Below, piece after piece: positions 9,874 to 18,752 of a DNA stretch of 64,000 nucleotides (position 1 is its first letter; each line of letters starts with the position of its first letter). The stretch comes from Candidatus Tayloriibacteriota bacterium (GTDB taxonomy: Bacteria; Patescibacteriota; Minisyncoccia; Phycocordibacterales; CAIZLB01), in assembly GCA_018883165.1 (NCBI GenBank), contig VEQN01000002.1:12134-76133 (forward strand), in the 5' to 3' direction. The notes under the pieces were generated by a model. That model had not been told where the DNA came from and did no database searches. It was given only the letters and a program-made list of their open reading frames with translations. The position numbers and the translations under genes are program-made.

Positions 9874-10116
9874 TTATACGAGACCTGCTTTTTTGAGAGT
9901 CTTCCAAGCACCATTCTTCTGAATAGTCTTAAGAGCTTTTGTTGAGATTGTTACTGTAACAGTCTTTTTGAGCTCAGGAACGTAAATTCGCTTCTTCTGA
10001 AGGTTAGGATACTTTCGAGTTGTACCAGTTGGGTTAAACTGAGCAGCTCGAGTTCGGTTTGAATAACCTCCAGCAGTTCGAGAACCTCTTTTTGTAATAG
10101 CGCAAACTTTTGCCAT
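9874..10116 (-). CDS. rpmB: 50S ribosomal protein L28
   Basis: MAKVCAITKRGSRTAGGYSNRT... matches L28; start taken at MAKVC rather than the upstream ORF-track start. Confidence 0.85.
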   Translation of the reverse strand: MAKVCAITKRGSRTAGGYSNRTRAAQFNPTGTTRKYPNLQKKRIYVPELKKTVTVTISTKALKTIQKNGAWKTLKKAGLV

Positions 10117-10167
10117 ATGTGAGAGCATGCTATCATATTATTCGCATTTGGCAAATAGCGTACATAT

Positions 10168-10773
10168 ATGACAAGCGGAATATTCATGCTCGTAATCCTC
10201 ATATTCTCAGTGGTAATCCATGAAGTGGCTCATGGTCTTGCTGCTTTGTCGCAAGGTGACAAGACGGCGGAATATGAGGGTAGGTTGACGTTAAATCCAA
10301 TTAAACACATGGATTTGTATGGTTCTGTGATCGTACCTCTCATTTGCTACCTACTTCCTGGAAACCTCATGTTTGGGTGGGCTAAACCGGTACCATATAA
10401 TCCATATAACCTGAGAAATGGTAGATGGAGTGAGGTTTTTGTTGCTGTTGCCGGCCCTCTTTCTAATATACTAATCGCTTTGCTCGCATCGGTAGTTGTC
10501 CGAACCGTTGGATCTGGATTACCAGCTGCAACTGTTGCAATTCTCGCCACAATTGTGGCTATAAACCTTGTGTTGGCGGTATTTAACCTTGTTCCACTAC
10601 CACCACTTGATGGATCAAAGATATTTATGGGTATTTTCCCTGAGACATATAGTAAAGTGAGGGGGTGGTATGACCAGTATGGTCTTTTGGCTACATTTAT
10701 ATTCATATTCTTTATCTGGCAGTTCTTTACTCCTGTCATTGCATTCCTATATAGACTGTTTTTGGGTGTTTAA
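10168..10773 (+). CDS. site-2 protease family (peptidase M50) membrane metalloprotease
   Basis: HEVAHG (HExxH) in TM helix and NLVPLPPLDG (LDG) motif; 201 aa. Confidence 0.8.
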   Translation: MTSGIFMLVILIFSVVIHEVAHGLAALSQGDKTAEYEGRLTLNPIKHMDLYGSVIVPLICYLLPGNLMFGWAKPVPYNPYNLRNGRWSEVFVAVAGPLSNILIALLASVVVRTVGSGLPAATVAILATIVAINLVLAVFNLVPLPPLDGSKIFMGIFPETYSKVRGWYDQYGLLATFIFIFFIWQFFTPVIAFLYRLFLGV

Positions 10774-10785
10774 GCCTTGGTTTAC

Positions 10786-10814
10786 TTGCGATTTTTATAT
10801 AAATGTAGTATTCT
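10786..10814 (+). promoter_or_regulatory. candidate sigma70-type promoter for rpsL-rpsG
   Basis: TTGCGA-17 nt-TATTCT about 97 nt upstream of rpsL ATG. Confidence 0.3.
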
Positions 10815-10910
10815 AGCCCCCAGTGCTTTTCGAAGCATTTTATTTTTAACCATTAACTGTGCGGAACACAGGATATGGCTTAGATAATTAGTAAATAACA
10901 ATACAGGCAC

Positions 10911-11327
10911 ATGCCTACACTTAATCAACTAGTTAAGAAAAATCGATCAAAGGCGAAGCGAAAGAGTAAAGCGGTAGCGCTCACTCGAGGTTTCAACGTA
11001 CTTTTGAACCGACCAGTTTTCTACAACTCACCGTTTAAGAAGGGCGTTTGTACTAAGGTAACTACAAAGACTCCAAAGAAGCCTAACTCAGCGATTCGAA
11101 AGATTTGCCGAGTACGACTTACAAACGGTCTTGAAGTTACTGCGTATATCCCAGGTGAAGGTCACAACCTACAAGAACACTCAGTAGTACTTCTACGAGG
11201 TGGACGAGTAAAAGACGTAGGTATTCGATATACAGTAGTACGAGGCGTTCTCGACTGTGCGGGAGTAGAGAAGCGACGAAAGGAGCGATCTGCGTACGGA
11301 GCAAAGAGACCAAAAGCAGCTAAGTAA
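10911..11327 (+). CDS. rpsL: 30S ribosomal protein S12
   Basis: [10 protein letters not shown]... and PKKPNSA motifs. Confidence 0.95.
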   Translation: MPTLNQLVKKNRSKAKRKSKAVALTRGFNVLLNRPVFYNSPFKKGVCTKVTTKTPKKPNSAIRKICRVRLTNGLEVTAYIPGEGHNLQEHSVVLLRGGRVKDVGIRYTVVRGVLDCAGVEKRRKERSAYGAKRPKAAK

Positions 11328-11439
11328 TCAAGGAGAAGGTAAACTCACTTAAATACCAAAGCAGAGTAAGCTATGTATAGACACAAATGCTGAAAAAATT
11401 CTGCGAATTATCAGAAAATTTCCCAATTAACACATAAAC

Positions 11440-11910
11440 ATGCGAAGAAAAGTAAAAAATCGAAATGTCGCTAAAGCTGACTTGAAATTCAATTCAGCTG
11501 AAGTGGGCAAGTTCATAAACTACTGTATGTGGAGTGGTAAAAAGAACACAGCTACACAGATTGTGTATCGAGCGTTCGATGCGATTGCAGAAAAGGAGAA
11601 AACAGAAAATCCAATTGAAGTTTTCAACACTGCTCTCAAAAATACTGCCCCATCTGTAGAAGTTCGATCACGACGAGTCGGTGGTGCAAACTACCAGGTT
11701 CCTCGAGATGTTCGACCGGAACGACGACAGTATCTTTCAATGAAGTGGATTATCGATGCAGCACGAGGCAAGAAGGGTCAACCTATGCACCTCAAGCTTG
11801 CGGATGAAATCATCGCAGCTTCAAAGAATGATGGTGAAGCAGTTCGAAAGAAGGAGAACACTCACAAGATGGCGGAAGCAAACAAAGCATTTGCACACTT
11901 TGCTTGGTAA
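11440..11910 (+). CDS. rpsG: 30S ribosomal protein S7
   Basis: 156 aa with S7-typical sequence. Confidence 0.95.
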   Translation: MRRKVKNRNVAKADLKFNSAEVGKFINYCMWSGKKNTATQIVYRAFDAIAEKEKTENPIEVFNTALKNTAPSVEVRSRRVGGANYQVPRDVRPERRQYLSMKWIIDAARGKKGQPMHLKLADEIIAASKNDGEAVRKKENTHKMAEANKAFAHFAW

Positions 11911-11922
11911 AGAAACAAAAAC

Positions 11923-11948
11923 AAAAGGCCCCGAAAGGGGCTTTTTGT
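11923..11948. terminator. bidirectional terminator (aaaaggccccgaaaggggctttttg)
   Basis: GC stem with GAAA loop flanked by A- and T-runs, between convergent rpsG and kinase-like gene. Confidence 0.7.
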
Positions 11949-11949
11949 T

Positions 11950-12501
11950 TTATATGAAGTTCCGTAATTTATTCTCTAAATCTTCTTCTGTACCAATATT
12001 TTCAATCTTAATGTCTGCATATCGTGACAGGTCTACAATCTCAGTTTCAGTTGCAACTTGCTCGTCCGCGACAAATTTTTCAAATGTCGTATGTGCTTCA
12101 TCAATTTTTTCACCTCGGTGTACTGTTCTGTCATATCGGACGGATACAGGAGCAGTGACATATATGACCATGTTGTTTTCAAAGCTTCGAACCATATCTA
12201 AGTCGGATTGCCATCGTATACTTTCATATACAACAATATCGGCACTACTTTTCTCAATCCTGTTTCTGAGCGCATCACTTAATGTGGTATCACCGTATTG
12301 TTTGTTCATAATGATGGCAAGATACTGCAAGTTGTTTCTGGTATGAGGTATGTTCCAAAGAGTGAGTGTCTCTGCAAGAAGAGCTGATGTTTTAACACAT
12401 TCAGTAGTTAAACCTTTGCTTTTGGATATTTTTGTAATTAGATCGACACATGTTCCTTTACCACTTCCTTTTTCTCCAATGATTCCAATTATTTTTTTCA
12501 C
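11950..12501 (-). CDS. P-loop NTPase, putative nucleoside/nucleotide kinase
   Basis: N-terminal Walker A IGIIGEKGSGKGT; 183 aa; no closer family assignment possible by eye. Confidence 0.5.
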   Translation of the reverse strand: MKKIIGIIGEKGSGKGTCVDLITKISKSKGLTTECVKTSALLAETLTLWNIPHTRNNLQYLAIIMNKQYGDTTLSDALRNRIEKSSADIVVYESIRWQSDLDMVRSFENNMVIYVTAPVSVRYDRTVHRGEKIDEAHTTFEKFVADEQVATETEIVDLSRYADIKIENIGTEEDLENKLRNFI

Positions 12502-12628
12502 GAATATATAATAGCATTAATGTACGCTTTGACTCCTGTATCCTTAGGTGTAGTATTTGTACCTGGAGGGTACTCATGAGTCATTCGAGGATGCACCGAA
12601 TGTCTGCCGCTTTAGGTGGGCTAGAGTG

Positions 12629-13150
12629 ATGAATGGTACTAAATTGTCAATGAAATTGATTTTGTTTGTGCTCTTTGTGTTGTTGTTCTTGGGTCACCTT
12701 CGAGCAGGAGATCTCCGAGAGCAGATTGTCGGGGTATATACCCTTGCACCGAACGGGGTCATCGTGGGATCAAAACTAATCGTCGGCACCATTGCTGATG
12801 ATATTGACTTCGACTCACGTAGGAAGTTCCCCAAAGTCTTTTTTCTAATCGTTACATTGGTTGAGGATGGGCCAAGGAGAAGAGTTGTATCATTTGTGAC
12901 GCAAAAGATTGAAGAGCGTGATTCAATCAAAAAAGCGGATCAGTTCAAAATCGTTCCATCTGGTGATGGTCGCGATTGTGAAATCATTGGTACTATGGGT
13001 GGGGAAGTTGTGTATCGCCACAGGATGTTTTTCAGTAACCCACTTCCAAATTCTGAGCCTAACAATCAGCAAAAGAATGAGGAGAAGAAGGATCCTGTGC
13101 CGAAGAAACCTCGTATTAGGTCGAGTACAGGAGAATCTGCACTTACCTGA
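12629..13150 (+). CDS. hypothetical secreted protein
   Basis: Start chosen at MNGTK...; hydrophobic signal-like segment LILFVLFVLLFLG; Lys/Pro-rich C-terminus. Confidence 0.4.
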   Translation: MNGTKLSMKLILFVLFVLLFLGHLRAGDLREQIVGVYTLAPNGVIVGSKLIVGTIADDIDFDSRRKFPKVFFLIVTLVEDGPRRRVVSFVTQKIEERDSIKKADQFKIVPSGDGRDCEIIGTMGGEVVYRHRMFFSNPLPNSEPNNQQKNEEKKDPVPKKPRIRSSTGESALT

Positions 13151-13187
13151 TCAAAGCTGAGATCTACGAATTGTCTCGTGTTACATC

Positions 13188-13216
13188 AAAAGACCACCGG
13201 CGTAGCGGTGGTCTTT
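13188..13216. terminator. bidirectional terminator
   Basis: aaagaccaccg-gcgtag-cggtggtcttt hairpin between convergent genes. Confidence 0.55.
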
Positions 13217-13217
13217 G

Positions 13218-13907
13218 TTATTCTAAGTCTTCAGGCGCCGTTATCCGTTTCCAGTATGTGGTATCGAACGCTTTAATCCTTCTTTCATGTGCTTTTGATA
13301 CGAAAGTCTGTGGTAACCCGTACTCATTCGAATTCGGAAGTTGAACCATTTCAATTTCAAAAAATTCAGGTGTTAACAAACATCCACCAGTATACATTTT
13401 GTTTATCGGAATCTTTGCTTCGGGGTCCTCAACAATATCAATTAAATTACCATCTTTGTTTACGATGCATTTACCAGCAGACATTGGTTTGCTTGAGTTT
13501 TCCAGAAGAACCGACCACTCTTGGGTCACCTTGTGATGGTTAATCATGTGCTGAATGTCATCTCTTGCATACAAATCATCACCCATGAGTACGATGAAGG
13601 GAGAATCTATGAGATATTCCTTGGCTTGATGAAGAGCGTGAGCTGTCCCAAGAAGTTCCGTCTGTGTCGCATAGTTGACGGGGATGGTTTTGCCTTCTCT
13701 TGTTGTGTAGAGATCGCCAAATTTTTCTTTAATCTGTTCGCCTAGGTGTCCAATTACAAACACGATCTCAGAGATCTCTGCGGGCAGGCTTTCAATTTTA
13801 TGTTCGATGAGTGTTTTACCTTTATATTGTAAAAGTGGTTTTGGGGTATGATTTGATGATTCACCCATTCTCTTACCCTTACCAGCTGCGAGAATTACCA
13901 GTTTCAT
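13218..13907 (-). CDS. sugar-phosphate nucleotidyltransferase
   Basis: MKLVILAAGKGKRMG N-terminal NTP-transferase motif; 229 aa. Confidence 0.75.
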   Translation of the reverse strand: MKLVILAAGKGKRMGESSNHTPKPLLQYKGKTLIEHKIESLPAEISEIVFVIGHLGEQIKEKFGDLYTTREGKTIPVNYATQTELLGTAHALHQAKEYLIDSPFIVLMGDDLYARDDIQHMINHHKVTQEWSVLLENSSKPMSAGKCIVNKDGNLIDIVEDPEAKIPINKMYTGGCLLTPEFFEIEMVQLPNSNEYGLPQTFVSKAHERRIKAFDTTYWKRITAPEDLE

Positions 13908-13946
13908 AGGTTGAAAAGTATATCATGCGTAAAGGGGGGTGGGTGT

Positions 13947-13975
13947 ATTGTCAATGCCTAAAAATAATGCTATTT
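13947..13975 (+). promoter_or_regulatory. candidate promoter for fusA
   Basis: TTGTCA-17 nt-TGcTATTTT (extended -10). Confidence 0.3.
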
Positions 13976-14050
13976 TATCCCCACGACGTAAGTCGGTGCT
14001 TTATTAATTTTTTATTTAAAATTCAACTACCCAAAAGGTAATACATATAT

Positions 14051-16198
14051 ATGGAACAGAGAGATTATCCACTAGAGAAAGTACGAAACTTCGGTATCAT
14101 CGCGCACATCGATGCCGGAAAGACAACAACATCAGAGCGAATCCTTTACTACACTGGTATGTCACACAAGATCGGTGAGGTACACGAAGGTGAAGCTGTA
14201 ACGGACTGGATGGAACAGGAAAAAGAGCGAGGTATTACAATTACCGCCGCTGCTATCACATGTTTCTGGAACCCAACATACATGGGTACAGACCTTTCTC
14301 GAAAGCACCGATTCAACATTATTGATACTCCTGGTCACGTAGACTTCACAGTAGAAGTAGAACGATCTCTTAAAGTACTCGACGGTGGAGTTGTGGTATT
14401 CGACGGTGTAGCCGGCGTAGAACCACAATCAGAAACTGTATGGCGACAAGCTGACAAGTACCATGTACCTCGAATTTGTTTCATCAACAAACTCGACCGA
14501 ACAGGTGCTTCATTTGAACGATCATACCAGTCTATCCTTGATCGACTTAACAAAAACGCTGTTCGAGCACAGCTTCCAATTGGATCAGAAGGTGATTTTG
14601 AAGGTGTAATTGACCTTCTCAAGATGAAGGCATACAAGTTCGAAGGAGATATGGGTAACCAGGTTATCGAATATGATATTCCTGCAAACATGGTTGAAGA
14701 AGCAACAAAGCGACGAGCTGAATTTGTTGAGAAGATTGTTGAATTTGATGAAGAGATGATGAATCAGTACCTTGAAGGTAAGACTGATTTCGCGATCGAT
14801 GATCTTAAGAAGGCTCTTCGAAAAGGTGTAATTGCAAACAAGGTATTCCCGGTATTCACCGGTTCTGCTCTAAAGAACAAGGGTACTCAGCTCATTCTTG
14901 ACGCTGTTATCGATTACCTTCCATCTCCACTCGATATTCCAGCGGTGAAAGGTATTGATCCAAATACTGGTGAACAAATTGAACGAACGGCATCTGATAC
15001 AGAACCGTTTGCTGCACTTGCATTCAAACTTCAGACAGATCCATTCGTAGGTCAGCTTACATTCTTCCGAGTGTACTCAGGAACAGTAGAAGCTGGTTCA
15101 TACCTCTACAACTCAACAACAGGTCAGAAAGAAAGACTTGGACGAATTGTACGGCTTCAGGCTAACAAGCGAGAAGAAGTAAAGAAGGTATTCGCGGGTG
15201 AAATTGCAGCTGCTGTAGGTCTTAAGGATGCGAAGACATCTCATACATTCTGTGATGAGAATAAGCCAATCGTACTTGATCCTATCAAGTTCGCAGAACC
15301 TGTAGTATCTCTCCGAATCGAACCAAAAACAAAGGCAGATCAGGAGAAGATGGGTATGGCACTTAAGAAGCTTTCTGATGAAGATCCAACATTTAGAATT
15401 TCATCAAACCAGGAAACTGGAGAAACAATCATTTCAGGTATGGGTGAACTCCATCTTGAAATTATGATTGACCGAATGAAGCGAGAATTCGGAGTTGAGG
15501 CAAACGTAGGTAAGCCACAGGTAGCGTACCGAGAAACAATTCAAGGATCAGCTGAAGAAGAATACAAGTATATCAAGCAGTCTGGAGGTAAGGGTCAATA
15601 CGGTCACGTTAAACTTACAATCAAGAAGCTTGAACCAATTGAAGAAGGTGCGAAAATTCCAAAGAACGTTCACCGAGAAGATGGATTTGAATTCATTGAC
15701 TCTATTAAAGGAGGTGTTATTCCACAGGAATTCATCCCAGCGGTAGAGAAGGGTGTTAAGGAAGCTATGGAACGAGGTATCGTTGCAGGATTCCCAATGA
15801 CAGATGTATCTTGTGAACTTACATTCGGTTCATACCACGATGTGGACTCATCTGAAATCGCGTACAAGATCGCAGGTTCTCAGGCATTCCAGGCAGCTGC
15901 TAAGCGAGCTCGACCAGTTATCCTTGAGCCAATCATGAAGGTAGAAGTGGTAACACCTGAACAGTTCATGGGTGATTGTACTGGTTCTCTCTCATCAAAA
16001 CGAGGTCAGATTGAAGGTATGGAAGACCGAGGAATGAACAAAGCGATTCGAGCTATGGTTCCTCTATCTGAAATGTTCGGTTACACAACAGAACTTCGAT
16101 CAATGACACAAGGACGAGGTTCAATGACTATGGAATTTGATCACTATGATGTGGTTCCTCCAAACGTTGAAAAAACTATCGTTGAGTCACGAAAGTAG
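14051..16198 (+). CDS. fusA: elongation factor G
   Basis: [10 protein letters not shown]1 motif, 715 aa, EF-G domains throughout. Confidence 0.97.
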   Translation: MEQRDYPLEKVRNFGIIAHIDAGKTTTSERILYYTGMSHKIGEVHEGEAVTDWMEQEKERGITITAAAITCFWNPTYMGTDLSRKHRFNIIDTPGHVDFTVEVERSLKVLDGGVVVFDGVAGVEPQSETVWRQADKYHVPRICFINKLDRTGASFERSYQSILDRLNKNAVRAQLPIGSEGDFEGVIDLLKMKAYKFEGDMGNQVIEYDIPANMVEEATKRRAEFVEKIVEFDEEMMNQYLEGKTDFAIDDLKKALRKGVIANKVFPVFTGSALKNKGTQLILDAVIDYLPSPLDIPAVKGIDPNTGEQIERTASDTEPFAALAFKLQTDPFVGQLTFFRVYSGTVEAGSYLYNSTTGQKERLGRIVRLQANKREEVKKVFAGEIAAAVGLKDAKTSHTFCDENKPIVLDPIKFAEPVVSLRIEPKTKADQEKMGMALKKLSDEDPTFRISSNQETGETIISGMGELHLEIMIDRMKREFGVEANVGKPQVAYRETIQGSAEEEYKYIKQSGGKGQYGHVKLTIKKLEPIEEGAKIPKNVHREDGFEFIDSIKGGVIPQEFIPAVEKGVKEAMERGIVAGFPMTDVSCELTFGSYHDVDSSEIAYKIAGSQAFQAAAKRARPVILEPIMKVEVVTPEQFMGDCTGSLSSKRGQIEGMEDRGMNKAIRAMVPLSEMFGYTTELRSMTQGRGSMTMEFDHYDVVPPNVEKTIVESRK

Positions 16199-16207
16199 TC
16201 TATATAC

Positions 16208-16232
16208 AAAAAGCCCCGAAAGGGGCTTTTTG
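16208..16232. terminator. bidirectional terminator (aaaaagccccgaaaggggctttttg)
   Basis: Near-identical to hairpins at 11923 and 18299. Confidence 0.7.
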
Positions 16233-16233
16233 A

Positions 16234-17055
16234 TTATGAATCACGCCTTTCAATTTTATTCACAAGCTCTTCAATAAATTCTTTTTGTCGTATTTTCCTA
16301 CCATACCCTCTAGCTAATGTATAAAGTTCATATAGGAAATTCATGATGGTTTCATTGTGTATTTCAATTGACACCTCGTCTTTCCAATTAACTAAGTATG
16401 CTGTACCTCTAATGAAAAATAACTCAGTTGGCGTTTGTAAGTATTTCTTATCGATACTGGCGTTATTACTTGGTCTTGGAGCGAATTTTCTTAACTCATT
16501 GAGCGCAAATTCTTTGCCTCGTTCTTTTTTCAATATAGTGTATACGAATTCGTAACAGGTTTCGTTTACCAACGCTTCCGATACAATACCTTTTGTATTA
16601 AGGGCGTCATTACTTGGATACAAGGAGTTAATACCAAGTTTTTTAAAAGTGTATTTTATCGATTCGTTTGGTTGAATTGATACAACTTTCTCTCCGGCTT
16701 TTAGATCAGCAATTTTTCTCCATACCGCATGGCAAGCATCAATTCCTTTCGTTATGACTATGTCTCTAGAAATATGTATACTATTTTTTTCACCGTGATA
16801 CAGAATATTGATTCTCCCGAGTACCTTCTCTTTATCTGCCAGCTTGTACCCTTTGATTTTGTTGTTCATCACATATTCAATCAACCCTCTTTTATTGAGA
16901 GATTGTACGGCATCGTGCACGGTCATTCTGGGAATTTTTAGAGTTTTTGATATACCAGAAACACTTACAACACAGCTCTCTTTAATCTTCGTGAAGTCTC
17001 TGACGTACTCAAATATACGCAATTCAGTTTTGGTCAATTTGAATACATCGTACAT
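16234..17055 (-). CDS. TrmB-like winged-helix transcriptional regulator
   Basis: N-terminal wHTH (ISKTLKIPRMTVHDAVQSLNKRGLIE); 273 aa; divergent from an orphan Liv-type SBP gene. Confidence 0.55.
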   Translation of the reverse strand: MYDVFKLTKTELRIFEYVRDFTKIKESCVVSVSGISKTLKIPRMTVHDAVQSLNKRGLIEYVMNNKIKGYKLADKEKVLGRINILYHGEKNSIHISRDIVITKGIDACHAVWRKIADLKAGEKVVSIQPNESIKYTFKKLGINSLYPSNDALNTKGIVSEALVNETCYEFVYTILKKERGKEFALNELRKFAPRPSNNASIDKKYLQTPTELFFIRGTAYLVNWKDEVSIEIHNETIMNFLYELYTLARGYGRKIRQKEFIEELVNKIERRDS

Positions 17056-17178
17056 GGTATGACGGAATATACCGTCACTCTTAATATAGCATAATATTGT
17101 TGTTTTACAACATTAAAATGGATTTCTGAATTATGTTTAATATCAATCCAGCAACACATATTTACATATGGCAATATT

Positions 17179-18288
17179 ATGGCCATGAAAAAAAATAATA
17201 AATATATATACCTAGCAACTGCCTTGCTCATAGCCGTGTTTGTATATGGTAGTTTGGGTACAAAAAAGAGTGATAATGTTGATATTGGGGTAATTAGTAT
17301 CCTTTCTGGCCAGTTCGCTTCAATCGGTGAAAATTATGTCAAAGGAGTCCGATTGGCTGAGGAAGTGTACGAGAGCAATCATCTTGGTACCATAGTTAAC
17401 CTTCACGTTGAAGACGATGGTTTTGATCCAAAGAAGGGTATATCTGCATTTAAAAAATTAACGACATTAAATAATATTGATGGTTTGGTAAATATATCTA
17501 GTCCCACAATTGATTCTGTTAACAAAGATATTAATTCTCTTGAGATACCAACAACTCAATTCGGTATTCAAAGTGATGGGGTTGCTGATGATTACATCTT
17601 CCAGATTAGCCCGGATCCAAAAGTACCGATTACAAGATTCGGAAAGTATTTGCTAGAAAACACAAGCTTTAAGAAAGTTGCAGTGGTATATGAGAATGGT
17701 CAGCCATTTGATCAGTTTTATAAAGCAATGAAAGAATCATACGGTACGGGTAATACTGTTCCAATGCTCATTCAGAATAAGTCCGATATTCAAACATACG
17801 CCACAAAGATTGCACTCCAAGACTTTGATGCTGTAATCATTCTTGCTATGCCAGAATCAGGTGCATTGTTAGTCAAAAAAGTGAGTGAGCTTACAAAAAA
17901 TGAAATAACATACGCGATTGATGCTCAGTTTCAAACAGGACACGAAATCTACAAACAGATACTTGGAAATTTCGGAGTTTTGGAGGGTTCGTACTCATTA
18001 TGGCTTGCTTCAGACGACAAAGTAAACTTTAAGGAGAGATATTTTGAAAAATATAAAGAACAGCCAGGTTCTTTTGCTGATTCGGGGTATGATGCATTTA
18101 TGGTCTTGATGAATGCATATAATAAAGATAAAAAGGTTTGGCAAAAAAATATTGCCTTAACAAAGGTATCAGGAGCAAGTGGTAACATATCATTTGATGC
18201 CAAGGGAATAAGAAATCAGGATTTCGAAGTTAAAAAAATCATAAATGGAGAGGTTCAGGTAATTGACCACATTAAAATGACTGAGTAG
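17179..18288 (+). CDS. orphan ABC-transporter substrate-binding protein, Leu/Ile/Val-binding (PBP type 1) family
   Basis: Signal/anchor, then IGVISILSGQFASIGENYVKGVRLAEEV characteristic of LivJ/K-like SBPs. Confidence 0.8.
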   Translation: MAMKKNNKYIYLATALLIAVFVYGSLGTKKSDNVDIGVISILSGQFASIGENYVKGVRLAEEVYESNHLGTIVNLHVEDDGFDPKKGISAFKKLTTLNNIDGLVNISSPTIDSVNKDINSLEIPTTQFGIQSDGVADDYIFQISPDPKVPITRFGKYLLENTSFKKVAVVYENGQPFDQFYKAMKESYGTGNTVPMLIQNKSDIQTYATKIALQDFDAVIILAMPESGALLVKKVSELTKNEITYAIDAQFQTGHEIYKQILGNFGVLEGSYSLWLASDDKVNFKERYFEKYKEQPGSFADSGYDAFMVLMNAYNKDKKVWQKNIALTKVSGASGNISFDAKGIRNQDFEVKKIINGEVQVIDHIKMTE

Positions 18289-18298
18289 TAGTGTGTTC

Positions 18299-18323
18299 AA
18301 AAAGCCCCGCAAGGGGCTTTTTG
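18299..18323. terminator. rho-independent terminator (aaaaagccccgcaaggggctttttg)
   Basis: GC stem plus T-run. Confidence 0.7.
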
Positions 18324-18326
18324 ATT

Positions 18327-18335
18327 TGATATACT
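18327..18335 (+). promoter_or_regulatory. extended -10 element TGaTATACT 8 nt upstream of ATG (leaderless-type)
   Basis: TG-a-TATACT then atatccat then ATG at 18344. Confidence 0.4.
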
Positions 18336-18343
18336 ATATCCAT

Positions 18344-18679
18344 ATGTCAGAACGTGCACCAAATGAATCACAGCCAGGTCTCAAGGAGGCTCTTATACAG
18401 GTCGGCGTTTCTCCTGAGGCAGCGCGAAATCCAAAAGAAGCAGTCGCTGGGCTCATAGCAAGTGCACGTGAGGTCTCGGTAATATTGTCTGGCCTCAAGG
18501 AGAAAAAGAGGACACTTGAATTAGAGTTGGTGGCACTTAAAAGAGATGCGGCGGAAATGAAAATTAATGAGATACGGGCGTTAGAGCGATTAGTTGCTGA
18601 GGTCACAAGAGATCAAGATGAAACACATGCTAGTCTAGCGGAGCTGTATCTAATTCTGGAAGGAGTGCCTAAGGAATAG
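18344..18679 (+). CDS. hypothetical coiled-coil protein (moderately elevated GC)
   Basis: Start moved to MSERAPNE because the ORF-track start overlaps the terminator; Ala/Glu/Leu-rich helical sequence. Confidence 0.45.
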   Translation: MSERAPNESQPGLKEALIQVGVSPEAARNPKEAVAGLIASAREVSVILSGLKEKKRTLELELVALKRDAAEMKINEIRALERLVAEVTRDQDETHASLAELYLILEGVPKE

Positions 18680-18752
18680 GGGGAATAACTAGGATACAAT
18701 TTACAAAACAAAAAAGATTTACCCACGTCTAATACGTGGTATTCTTTTTTGC

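Noticed and set aside
11756-12346. 196-aa plus-strand ORF overlapping the rpsG 3' end and the minus-strand kinase-like gene
   Set aside because: It reads through the bidirectional terminator and is antisense to a P-loop gene with a clear Walker A; low-complexity translation.
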